A stretch of 64,000 nucleotides of DNA from a virus. Of this stretch, positions 15,586 to 23,918 are shown in pieces. The notes under the pieces were generated by a model. It made no database searches. It saw only the letters and a program-made list of their open reading frames with translations, and was not told the origin of the DNA. Every line of letters begins with the position of its first letter. The first letter of the stretch is position 1. Made by a program: the position numbers and the translations under genes. Location: IMG/VR virus record IMGVR_UViG_3300037307_000721; one strand, given 5' to 3'.

Positions 15586-17623
15586 CCACTACATCGACCA
15601 GGTCTTCGCCGACGGGGGCCTATTCGCCAAGGCGCTCGAGGGCTATGAGCAGCGGCCCGAGCAGATCCAGCTCGCGCACGTCATCGACGAGGGCTTCTGC
15701 GCAGGCAAGCACGTCCTTGCCGAAGCACCATGCGGGACCGGGAAGTCGCTGGCCTACGGCGTTCCGGCCATCGCACACGCCTGCCACAACCAGAAGCGCT
15801 GCGTGATCACGACCGCCAACATCCAGCTCCAGGAGCAGCTCTTCTACAAGGACTTCCCATTCCTCCAACGTGTGCTGCCGTTCAAGTTCTCCTTCGCCCT
15901 GATGAAGGGCAAGAACAACTACCTCTGCCTGGACCGCATCTCCGAGGGCGAGCTCGACGGCTCGTTCAACCGACTGCGGGCCAAGCCGTATCTGCGAAAG
16001 CAGATGAGCCAGCTCCTCGAATGGGCGCGAGAGACCGAGACCGGAGACAAGACCGAGCTGACGCCCGCCCCGGCTGACGAAGTCTGGCGGGCCTTCTCGG
16101 TCACCGCCGAGGACTGCAAGGCCGAGCAGTGCACGCGCAAGGACGAGTGCTGGGCGAAGCTCGCTCGCGCTATCGCGATGGACGCGCACGTCGTCATCAC
16201 CAACTACCACTTGTTGTTCGCCCACCTGGCGGTCCGCCGGCAGACGGGTGTGGACCTGGTCCTTCCGCCCTTCGAGCACCTGGTGATGGACGAGGCACAC
16301 GAGGCCGCGGAGATCGCTCGCAGCTTCATGGGCTTCAGCCTGAGCAAGTTCGTCATCGCCAAGCTCGTGCGATGGCTGCGTGGTCTCGGGGACAACTACG
16401 CCAAGCTGCGCTCGGAGCTCGACACCGAGGCCGAAGCCTTCTTCTCGATGGCCAAGGCGGTGCACGACGACAAGCTCTACAACATCCGCCTGCGCTCTCC
16501 GGGCTGGGACAAGGGCCTGCACGGCAAACTGTTGCCGCTACTCGACCAGTGCACCGATGCCGCCGCGGCCATCCTTCGCCAGGCGCGCCGGGAGGTGCCC
16601 AAGTCGGACAAGGAAGGCGACAGCGTGGCGCGCAAGATCCAGGAGGCCGCGCACGCTAGCAGCGTGGCGGCATCCGTGCGTGCCCGACTCCTGAACGTGG
16701 TGAACCTGGCCGACCAGAACCTGGTCTACTGGATCGAGCTCACCTCAGCCAAGAACGCCATCATCAAGACCAAGCCGATCGACGTCAGTGCCATGCTGCA
16801 CGAGGAGCTGTTCAAGAAGACCAGGTCCAGCATCATGACGTCGGCCACGCTCAGCACCGGCGGTCACTTCGAGTTCCTGCGCACGGAGCTCGGCGTGCCC
16901 GACAACACGTTGCAGACCATCGTGTCGAGCCCCTTCAACTTCACCGAGCAGTCTCTGCTCGTCGTGCCCCAGGACACGCCCGACACCAAGGACGAGTTCC
17001 GGTTCCAGCAGGCGGTGGCTGATGCCATCGCGCAGGTCGCTCAGGCCTGCGGCGGTCGCACGCTCTGCCTCTTCACCTCGATCAAGAACATGAAGGCGGT
17101 GCACGAGCTGGTCCGCAAGCGCCGGCTGCCCTATCGCCTGCTCCTCCAGGGGGCCGAGATGCAGCGCATGGAGCTCTACCGCGCCTTTCGCGAGGACGAG
17201 AGCTCGCTCCTCTTCGGTGTTGCCTCCTTCTGGACAGGCGTGGACGTTCCCGGCGAGGCGCTCATCGGGCTGGTCATCGACAAGCTGCCCTTCCCGAACA
17301 TGAGCGACCCCTTCAATGACGCGATCAAGACCAAGTGGAAGGACTCGTTCAAGCGCTACTCGCTGCCTCGGGCCATCATCACCCTGAAGCAGGGCATCGG
17401 GCGACTCATCCGGCGCAAGGACGACTACGGCGTCGTGGTGGTCGCCGATCGCCGGGCCGTCGAAAGCTCCTCCTACAGCCGACAGTTCCTGCTCTCGCTG
17501 CCGCCGATGTCGAGCTCTCGAAGCCTCGCCGACATCCCGATCTTCCTCAAGCCGCATCAGGAGCGCGCGGTGGCGAAACGCGCCGAAGGCGCCAAGGCGC
17601 GAGTCGAGAAGGAGATTGCCTAG
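15578..17623 (+). CDS. dinG: DinG/YoaA-family Fe-S SF2 helicase
   Basis: EAPCGTGKSLAY, YLC...C..C Fe-S ligands, DEAH, SATL, LFTS, GVDVPG and QGIGRLIR. Confidence 0.93.
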   Translation: MSDHYIDQVFADGGLFAKALEGYEQRPEQIQLAHVIDEGFCAGKHVLAEAPCGTGKSLAYGVPAIAHACHNQKRCVITTANIQLQEQLFYKDFPFLQRVLPFKFSFALMKGKNNYLCLDRISEGELDGSFNRLRAKPYLRKQMSQLLEWARETETGDKTELTPAPADEVWRAFSVTAEDCKAEQCTRKDECWAKLARAIAMDAHVVITNYHLLFAHLAVRRQTGVDLVLPPFEHLVMDEAHEAAEIARSFMGFSLSKFVIAKLVRWLRGLGDNYAKLRSELDTEAEAFFSMAKAVHDDKLYNIRLRSPGWDKGLHGKLLPLLDQCTDAAAAILRQARREVPKSDKEGDSVARKIQEAAHASSVAASVRARLLNVVNLADQNLVYWIELTSAKNAIIKTKPIDVSAMLHEELFKKTRSSIMTSATLSTGGHFEFLRTELGVPDNTLQTIVSSPFNFTEQSLLVVPQDTPDTKDEFRFQQAVADAIAQVAQACGGRTLCLFTSIKNMKAVHELVRKRRLPYRLLLQGAEMQRMELYRAFREDESSLLFGVASFWTGVDVPGEALIGLVIDKLPFPNMSDPFNDAIKTKWKDSFKRYSLPRAIITLKQGIGRLIRRKDDYGVVVVADRRAVESSSYSRQFLLSLPPMSSSRSLADIPIFLKPHQERAVAKRAEGAKARVEKEIA

Positions 17624-17650
17624 GAGCGCGAGGACCGCGCGCAGGAGTGG

Positions 17651-17875
17651 TTGGTCTACCTCCGGGTGGTCGCCTTGACCTATGACGAGGACACCGTGGA
17701 GACCCTGCGCCGGGACATGGCCGACGCCATCCATCGCGAGCCACCAGGATTCCTGGACCCGGTGCTGGCCAAGATCGGCGTCGAGTTCCCCGCCGAGCAG
17801 CCCCGATTCGCCAAGCTCTACGCGGAGGCGCAGGAGCTGGCGAAAGTTGTTGACGAGCCCCTCGCCAATCTATAA
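17651..17875 (+). CDS. Small ORF in frame with dinG after a TAG (separate gene or read-through extension)
   Basis: Coding-like codon use begins right after the dinG stop; only a TTG/GTG start with poor RBS spacing. Confidence 0.55.
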   Translation: MVYLRVVALTYDEDTVETLRRDMADAIHREPPGFLDPVLAKIGVEFPAEQPRFAKLYAEAQELAKVVDEPLANL

Positions 17876-17936
17876 GCTGGACGCCGGGTGGGAGGGCCGG
17901 TGATGATTGTATGCTATACAGCGATAGGCATCGACC

Positions 17937-18299
17937 ATGGACCTGAATGAGACCGTGAACAAGCTCGCGAGCGAGGACGTCGCCGCGACGGCCCCTCGAG
18001 AGGGCCTGCTCTTCTACGCCCTGGCCATCGCGCTCGAGCCCTGGCGCTTCGATGAGGACGCGATCGACGCAGTGCTGCTACCCTTGCTCGAGGAGCGAGG
18101 TTGCATCGGCTGTGGCATCGAGCCGGTGGATGACGACCTGGTCATCAAGACCCAGGTGTACCTGGACCGACCGCCGGCCGAGGAGCACCAGGCGCTGGCC
18201 TCCGATCTTCAGGAGGTCCTGCCGGGCGACTACAAGGTGACGACGAGCTGGGCGAAGGTCGCGAAGTACGACGAGGAGCACACGAGTGAGATCGTTTGA
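17937..18299 (+). CDS. Hypothetical protein
   Basis: 120-aa ORF, high GC3. Confidence 0.7.
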   Translation: MDLNETVNKLASEDVAATAPREGLLFYALAIALEPWRFDEDAIDAVLLPLLEERGCIGCGIEPVDDDLVIKTQVYLDRPPAEEHQALASDLQEVLPGDYKVTTSWAKVAKYDEEHTSEIV

Positions 18300-18345
18300 C
18301 CGCGGCCGTTGGGCCGTGGCACACTACCAGACTGCGAGGTGAGCT

Positions 18346-18597
18346 ATGCCAGACACGATCACGTTGCCCAAGGTGGACGGAGACCCCGTCGCCTTCATCT
18401 TCCGAGGCGGCAAGCGGACGCGCCCGAGCGAGTGGGACCAGGACGCCAACGGGTTCTACATCAAGGGCTACGGGACCGAGCTCCTGCCCGACGACACCCC
18501 CACGGTCCTCCTGAAGGTCACGGGCTCCGGCCTCACGCCCAAGGCCAAGCGCTACGTCACGGACGCCTGGGTGGACCTGCCCGTGCCCCCGACCTAG
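18346..18597 (+). CDS. Hypothetical protein
   Basis: 83-aa ORF with GAGGTG RBS. Confidence 0.7.
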   Translation: MPDTITLPKVDGDPVAFIFRGGKRTRPSEWDQDANGFYIKGYGTELLPDDTPTVLLKVTGSGLTPKAKRYVTDAWVDLPVPPT

Positions 18598-18757
18598 GGT
18601 CGTTCTCTCCCTCCCTGTTCCATTCTCCTCGCCTGACGACCAACCAGTAGCCCTCGCGCCGTTCCATCCGGCGGCCGCACTTCTCGCACTGCCGCGTGCC
18701 TTCGTCGAGGTCGTCTAGCGACCAGCCGCATGGGCATGGACTGCCGAGGAAGCTCAT
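18557..18757 (-). CDS. Small Cys-rich (CPCG...CEKCG) protein
   Basis: ORF downstream of a near-consensus promoter; overlaps a convergent gene by ~40 nt. Confidence 0.45.
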   Translation of the reverse strand: MSFLGSPCPCGWSLDDLDEGTRQCEKCGRRMERREGYWLVVRRGEWNREGENDPRSGARAGPPRRP

Positions 18758-18801
18758 AGCACAGCATACAGCAGCTGCCGCCCTCCCTCCCAGCCATCCA
18801 G

Positions 18802-18829
18802 GTTATATGATATAAGTCGCATCTGTCAA
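18802..18829 (-). promoter_or_regulatory. Near-consensus sigma70 promoter
   Basis: TTGACA-N16-TATAAC in an AT-rich patch. Confidence 0.65.
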
Positions 18830-19080
18830 CTGCTTTCGTCCCAGCCCTCGAGCTTCATGAAGACGTGAAAGGCGCAGGGCGGGTACGGGCACACGACCGA
18901 CGGCGAAACCCGGCCATCCGTGGCGATGCGATGCTCGGCGAGGCAGAAGACGCGGCCGCAGGATGGGCATCGCAGCGCCGCCGTCACGCGGCCGGGCAGG
19001 TAGAGCCAGCGAATCCAGGTCCCGGCCAGTGCGGAGCTCTCGGAGAAGCAACGCGACGGGTCGCGGCGCAGGAGGATCAT
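18826..19080 (-). CDS. Small zinc-binding phage protein
   Basis: CPSCG...H.I..DG.VSPSVVC...C.FH...LEGW pattern. Confidence 0.7.
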   Translation of the reverse strand: MILLRRDPSRCFSESSALAGTWIRWLYLPGRVTAALRCPSCGRVFCLAEHRIATDGRVSPSVVCPYPPCAFHVFMKLEGWDESS

Positions 19081-19316
19081 CAGGGCTCGTCGGGCTGCAG
19101 CGGGCTACCCGGATCGACCCAGCGAAGGCTGGTGAGCCCGTGGTGCAGGTGGATGGTCTTGATGGCCGCGATGCCGGTGTACACGTTCGTGCTGGGGTTG
19201 GCTGAGAGCCAGCGCAGGACGCACGTGCCGTCCGAGAACATCACGCCCTCAGCGACGATGCCTATGCCAGAGACACCTGAGACGTCCTGCTCTCGAACCA
19301 GAGTGAAGCGGCGCAT
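19080..19316 (-). CDS. Small phage protein
   Basis: DVSGVSGIGIVAEGVMFSDGTCVLRWLS pattern recognised from other phage proteins. Confidence 0.75.
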   Translation of the reverse strand: MRRFTLVREQDVSGVSGIGIVAEGVMFSDGTCVLRWLSANPSTNVYTGIAAIKTIHLHHGLTSLRWVDPGSPLQPDEP

Positions 19317-19319
19317 GCG

Positions 19320-19781
19320 TCATCGAACCTGGCACGAGGGACAGTGGTGGGTGTCTGGTTCGACGAAGCTCCAGCCCTCGGGGAACGCGGGCAGTACGAG
19401 CTGCGAGGTCTTCTTGCCGCAGCCGTCGCAGGTGTAGGAGACGAGCTCCTCGACCTTGAGGTTCGACGGGTGCAGCAGGCGGTCGACCTTGTCCTCGAGG
19501 TCCCGGAAGCCCTGGAGGATGGCCGCGGCCTTGAGCTTGACCCAGATCTTGAACTTCGGATGCGCGACAAGACGCTCGAGCGCACGCTTCCGGTTCGTGT
19601 GCTGGTAGCGCTCCTCGCGGCACTCGCCCACGGCGCCCGACTCGGGGTGCGTGATGCGACAGGCCGAGCTCGTCTTGTTCTGCTTCTGCCCACCCTTGCC
19701 GCCGGCGCGAAAGAACTCCAGACGAAGGTCCTTGCGCGTGACGGTGAACAGCAGCCTCTTGGCTTTCTCGGTGATGTCCAT
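19320..19781 (-). CDS. Class I release-factor-like peptidyl-tRNA hydrolase (GGQ) domain with C-terminal zinc finger
   Basis: FRAGGKGGQKQNKTSSACRITHPESG...C.EER.Q..NR..AL.RL; CDGC...HCPSC tail. Confidence 0.88.
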   Translation of the reverse strand: MDITEKAKRLLFTVTRKDLRLEFFRAGGKGGQKQNKTSSACRITHPESGAVGECREERYQHTNRKRALERLVAHPKFKIWVKLKAAAILQGFRDLEDKVDRLLHPSNLKVEELVSYTCDGCGKKTSQLVLPAFPEGWSFVEPDTHHCPSCQVR

Positions 19782-19794
19782 GGCCGTTGCTCCT

Positions 19795-21330
19795 TCAACC
19801 GATGATGGACAGCCTGGTGGTCATGCCCTCGCCGTCGTTCCACTCCTCATCTTCCTCCTCGCCGCGGACCGAGCGCAAGGCCCGCACCGCGTAGGCGAAG
19901 GAGTCGCCAAGGTCCTTGTCGGCCGCGGCCGCGAAGGCAATGAGCTGTCCGATGAGGTCTCCACGGCGGGCCACGTCCGGATTGGTCTGCGGGTCGAGGT
20001 CCGGGTTGAAGTAGATGCGTTCGGCCTCGAACATGGGCAAGGTCTCCATGAGCCGGAGCTCCTTGCTCTTGTTGCCCGGGCGAACCGGGTAGATGGGTAG
20101 CGGGGTCTCGGCGCTCTCGAACAGGTACTCCCGGAGGGCTTGCTGGTAGCCGGTTTCCTCGATGACGATCATGTCGGGGCGCCACTTGCGCGCCTCGTTC
20201 TTGAGCGCGTCCGCTTGCTCGGTGAAGCCCAGCCTGAAGTGCCAGGCATCGGCGACGAAGACAAGGTTGCGCTCGCGGCTGTAGAGCACGGTGACACAGG
20301 CGAAGTAGGAGCTCTGCCGCTTCTCGGTGATCGCGAGGTCGTAGGCCTGCACGCAGAAGAGCGTGCGTGGGTCGCCGAGCATGTTCGCGTCGTAGAAGCG
20401 AATGTGCTCCGGTTTGACGATGGTGATCGCGTTCGAGAGGGTCTTGCACCGGTAGGCCCGGTCGTACTCGAGGGGACCGACCTCGCGCCGCAGGCGCATG
20501 AGCGCCTTGCGCCCCCAGCGGGACGGCCAGAGCGGAACGAAGGGGTCCTCATCGGTGCCGACCGCGAAGACGACGGCCTTCCACTCGGGGTTCTTGCGCA
20601 ACGAGGAGACGACGTCGCCCTCGTGGTGCGGCGTCGCGATGGAGATGGCGCTGCCGTCCTCCTCGAGCATCGGGAGGATTTCGGCATAGACCTTCTTCTT
20701 GATCGACTCGCGGTGCTGCGGGTAGATGAGCGCGGTACGGAAGTCGGAGATGTCGTCGAGGATGACCAAGTCGGCGCGACCGCCCTCGACCGAGCCCATG
20801 ATGCCAGAGGCCTCGAGGCTCGGGTCCTTGGAGGGCACCTCGCGATCGATCTGGATGGCCGACTTGTGCCACACGCCCTTGGGCGCAGGGTGCAAGTTCG
20901 GGAAGACGAGCTGGACCAGCTTGTTCGTCTTGATCATGTCGGAGATGAGGGTCAGGCGCTCTCTGGCCTTCTCGTCCGACTGGGTGAAGAGCTTGATGCG
21001 TACATTCGGATCGGTGCCCAGCCGCCAGAGCAGGTAGCCGAGCACGATGGTCGTCTTGCCGTGAGACTTCGCGGCTTCAATCTGGACGCGCCGGCTGTTC
21101 TGCATGAGCTCGAGCCACTCGCGGTGGAAGGGCTCGAGCTTGACCTTGGTGCCCTTGGGCGTGCGCCAGACGAACTCGATGAAGGCGGCGGGGTCGGCGC
21201 GCGCCTCCAGGATCTGCTGCTTCAGCCGGGCGGCCGCGGCCAGCATGAGCCGGCTTCGACGGGCCTCCACCTCCTTGGGGGCGAGGTCCTTTCGGCCGTC
21301 AGGTCGCGGTTCGGACTCGGTCATCTCCAC
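19795..21330 (-). CDS. terL: Terminase large subunit
   Basis: Walker A AAKSHGKTT, Walker B LVILDD, coupling IATP, nuclease AYDLA and DLGDSF. Confidence 0.92.
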   Translation of the reverse strand: MEMTESEPRPDGRKDLAPKEVEARRSRLMLAAAARLKQQILEARADPAAFIEFVWRTPKGTKVKLEPFHREWLELMQNSRRVQIEAAKSHGKTTIVLGYLLWRLGTDPNVRIKLFTQSDEKARERLTLISDMIKTNKLVQLVFPNLHPAPKGVWHKSAIQIDREVPSKDPSLEASGIMGSVEGGRADLVILDDISDFRTALIYPQHRESIKKKVYAEILPMLEEDGSAISIATPHHEGDVVSSLRKNPEWKAVVFAVGTDEDPFVPLWPSRWGRKALMRLRREVGPLEYDRAYRCKTLSNAITIVKPEHIRFYDANMLGDPRTLFCVQAYDLAITEKRQSSYFACVTVLYSRERNLVFVADAWHFRLGFTEQADALKNEARKWRPDMIVIEETGYQQALREYLFESAETPLPIYPVRPGNKSKELRLMETLPMFEAERIYFNPDLDPQTNPDVARRGDLIGQLIAFAAAADKDLGDSFAYAVRALRSVRGEEEDEEWNDGEGMTTRLSIIG

Positions 21331-21333
21331 GGC

Positions 21334-22182
21334 TCATGCTCCCAGGCCGGCCAGGGCCGGGAGGAGCCGTCCCTCCGGCTCCTCCAGGCCCTCCACGTCG
21401 TCCGAGTCCTCCGGGTCCTCCTCGTAGCCTTCGGCCTCGTCCTGGCCGTCCTGGGCGTCCTGGGGGGCTTCCAGCACGTCCTCCGTGCCGGCGCTCAGCA
21501 GCGCACGCTGCTCGGCCTTCGACTCCTCCGAGACGGCCTCGATGACCCGCTTGCGCTGGTCCAGGATGCGGCTCGGCAGCTCTCCAGTGGTTACAACCAC
21601 TTCGAGCTCGGAGTCGTTACAGCGCTCGAGCAGGATACCGATCTGGATGCCCAGGACCTGCTCGGGCTTGCCCATCTGCATTTGCTCGATCTTCATGGCC
21701 TTTTCGAGCGTGGCGTTCGACGACTCCATGGTGCGCACCAGCTGGTAGACGAGCTTCGGAGTCACGTCTTCCACCGAGAGCTCGACGTTGTTCAGCAGGC
21801 CTAGAACTTTCTCCGCGTACTGGTGCGCGAGCTGGGCGGACTGGATGGCTGACTTCATGGCCAGGCGGGCCGCCATGGCCTCCTCCGCGGCCTGGCGCGC
21901 GGCCTCGCCCTTGGTGATGGCGGCCTCTTCCCAGCTCTCGCGCAGGACGGCCATCTCCTTGTGCACGGTCGTGCCCGAGCTCATGAGCTCGATGAAGGGG
22001 GGCAGGCTCAGGTCGGGCCAGCCCTCCATCACCGCGCGGCGGGCGATGCGCTTGCCGACGCCGCCGGCGGCCATGACGCTCTTGATGGTCGGGCGCTCAC
22101 GGTAGGCCGCCAGCATCTTGTCCCACTGGCTGCGCGTTACCGAGTAGTTCCGGAGGTTCGGAGAGGATCGCCTTGAGCCCAT
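21334..22182 (-). CDS. Putative terminase small subunit
   Basis: Directly upstream of terL; N-terminal HTH-like region, coiled coil, acidic tail. Confidence 0.6.
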   Translation of the reverse strand: MGSRRSSPNLRNYSVTRSQWDKMLAAYRERPTIKSVMAAGGVGKRIARRAVMEGWPDLSLPPFIELMSSGTTVHKEMAVLRESWEEAAITKGEAARQAAEEAMAARLAMKSAIQSAQLAHQYAEKVLGLLNNVELSVEDVTPKLVYQLVRTMESSNATLEKAMKIEQMQMGKPEQVLGIQIGILLERCNDSELEVVVTTGELPSRILDQRKRVIEAVSEESKAEQRALLSAGTEDVLEAPQDAQDGQDEAEGYEEDPEDSDDVEGLEEPEGRLLPALAGLGA

Positions 22183-22203
22183 CTCGGTCCCTTCTTGCGC
22201 TCG

Positions 22204-22232
22204 AGAATAGCAGGACTAGCAACTACTTACAA
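22204..22232 (-). promoter_or_regulatory. Putative sigma70 promoter of the terS-terL operon
   Basis: TTGTAA-N17-TATTCT in an AT-rich divergent intergenic region. Confidence 0.55.
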
Positions 22233-22326
22233 GTGGTCAGTGCAAAATAGCTCGCGCGCCTGGGACATGTTAGGTCTTGCAAACTAAGTGCACAAGTGTT
22301 AGATCTTACTCCTAGGATACCGAACC

Positions 22327-22656
22327 ATGCAGACGCTGCAGATTGCCAAGATGCCGATTTCACTACGATCACCGAATAGTCCACGGCGCCGGGCGCGGTC
22401 GGAGTCCAAGCTCACCCGCTCCATGCGCGAGAAGGGCTACTTGCTCTGCACCGAGGTCGCCCAGCGGGTGGGCATTCACAAGGCCACCGTCTACCGCTGG
22501 GTGCGCGACGGGCGCGTACGCGCCAAGGACTTCAGCGGGGCCTACTACGTCGAGTGGGCCTCCGTGGTCGAGCACCTCGGAGAGGTGGCCAACGTCCTGG
22601 GCTTCACCAAGGAGGTCCCCGATGGAGGGGATGCGACAGAGCCACAGCCTGACTAA
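22327..22656 (+). CDS. Excisionase/MerR-like HTH DNA-binding protein (HTH_17)
   Basis: LLCTEVAQRVGIHKATVYRWVRDGRV. Confidence 0.85.
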   Translation: MQTLQIAKMPISLRSPNSPRRRARSESKLTRSMREKGYLLCTEVAQRVGIHKATVYRWVRDGRVRAKDFSGAYYVEWASVVEHLGEVANVLGFTKEVPDGGDATEPQPD

Positions 22657-22891
22657 CCGGGTCTGGGGACTCGTGCGCTTCCTGCTCTCGTTGATGGTCA
22701 GCTTGCTGGCGCTCGGGCTCCTGGTGTTCGCCCTGGCAACGCTCAGCTGGCCTTTCGCCCGGTACGCCCTGGGCGAGAAGCTCACCTTCGCCCAGGTCGC
22801 CGCGGGCATCCTGGTGCTGTTGATCGCCCAGTCGCCCCTCTTCGTGCTCGTCGTCACCAGATTGCCTCGGACAAGCGGGAGGCTGCCGTGA
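22622..22891 (+). CDS. Small membrane protein with two hydrophobic segments, holin candidate
   Basis: Two ~22-aa hydrophobic stretches; ATGs at 22622 and 22631. Confidence 0.55.
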   Translation: MEGMRQSHSLTNRVWGLVRFLLSLMVSLLALGLLVFALATLSWPFARYALGEKLTFAQVAAGILVLLIAQSPLFVLVVTRLPRTSGRLP

Positions 22892-23235
22892 GCGACGACT
22901 ACGGCGCCTACCTCGAGGGCATCGTCAACGACATGCGGCAGACCCGGGACGCGCGGCGGATGGCGGCCACCATGCTCAAGCAGTGGAACGCCGGGCTCGT
23001 GCCCATGCCGCAGCGCCTGGCCGAGCTCCGCAAGCTGCTCGATCGGAGCAACATCTGCGGGCGGCTGCGCGACGACGGCACGTGCCCCTGGCTGCGCAAG
23101 TTCGCGCACCTCGAGGGCCTGCCGCTGCCCGACCCGGGCGGCAAGATGTACTGCCACCGAAAGCTGGACGGTACGGACGTCGAGCGCTACGATGCCTGCA
23201 CCGGCTACGTCCGAAAGAAGGACTACATCGCATGA
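22888..23235 (+). CDS. Hypothetical Cys-containing protein
   Basis: GTGA coupling; four spaced Cys. Confidence 0.65.
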   Translation: MSDDYGAYLEGIVNDMRQTRDARRMAATMLKQWNAGLVPMPQRLAELRKLLDRSNICGRLRDDGTCPWLRKFAHLEGLPLPDPGGKMYCHRKLDGTDVERYDACTGYVRKKDYIA

Positions 23236-23504
23236 AGACCTTCGAGCTCGAGATCTACGTGGTCGATGAAGCCGGCCAGCCACATAAGCAGGCCGGGACC
23301 ATCAGCATCACCGCCTCGGACGTCGAGGCCGCGGGGCTCAAGGCGCGCACGAAGATCGCCGAGAAGAACTTGCCGTCCCTGCGCTCGCTCAACTTCACCC
23401 CAGACAACAAGATCGTTGCCTACTGCGGCGAGAAGCGGCAGCGGCCGGCGGACGCACGCGAGCGTCGGGTTTGGCGACGTCCGGCGGGCGTCAAGAAGCT
23501 ATAG
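23232..23504 (+). CDS. Hypothetical protein
   Basis: ATGA-coupled 90-aa ORF. Confidence 0.65.
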   Translation: MKTFELEIYVVDEAGQPHKQAGTISITASDVEAAGLKARTKIAEKNLPSLRSLNFTPDNKIVAYCGEKRQRPADARERRVWRRPAGVKKL

Positions 23505-23507
23505 ACC

Positions 23508-23912
23508 ATGAGCAGCGCTTCGCTTCTGCAGACACTCTTGCAAAACTACGCAGATCAGTCTGGCGATCTGGACCTGCGCACTTTCATCGGCACGCCCGGC
23601 TACCGGATCGAGGTGCGCAACGAGACGGTAGACACCGGCCAGGGCTACACCGAGCCGGCTTTCGTCCCGGGTCTGCTCCAGTCAATCGGTAGCATGCTCG
23701 ATCGCGTCCGACAGGACGAGTTCGACGTCACCAACCCACTCGGGCAAAGCGCGTTCACCCTGACCTATGCACCGCGCGGCGCTTCGCACCTCCTCGTGTT
23801 TCAGGACGGAGCGCTGCTTCGAAAGACGGCCTGGTCTCTGGCGGGAACGTCGCTGACCCTGGCGACGGCCGCCCCTATGGGCGCTTGGCTGCTTGCCTGC
23901 TACTGGTACTAA
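23508..23912 (+). CDS. Putative virion-associated beta-sandwich protein
   Basis: C-terminal FTLTYAP...LVFQDG...WSLAGTSLTL...G..L..YW pattern typical of phage structural domains. Confidence 0.55.
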   Translation: MSSASLLQTLLQNYADQSGDLDLRTFIGTPGYRIEVRNETVDTGQGYTEPAFVPGLLQSIGSMLDRVRQDEFDVTNPLGQSAFTLTYAPRGASHLLVFQDGALLRKTAWSLAGTSLTLATAAPMGAWLLACYWY

Positions 23913-23918
23913 GATGGC

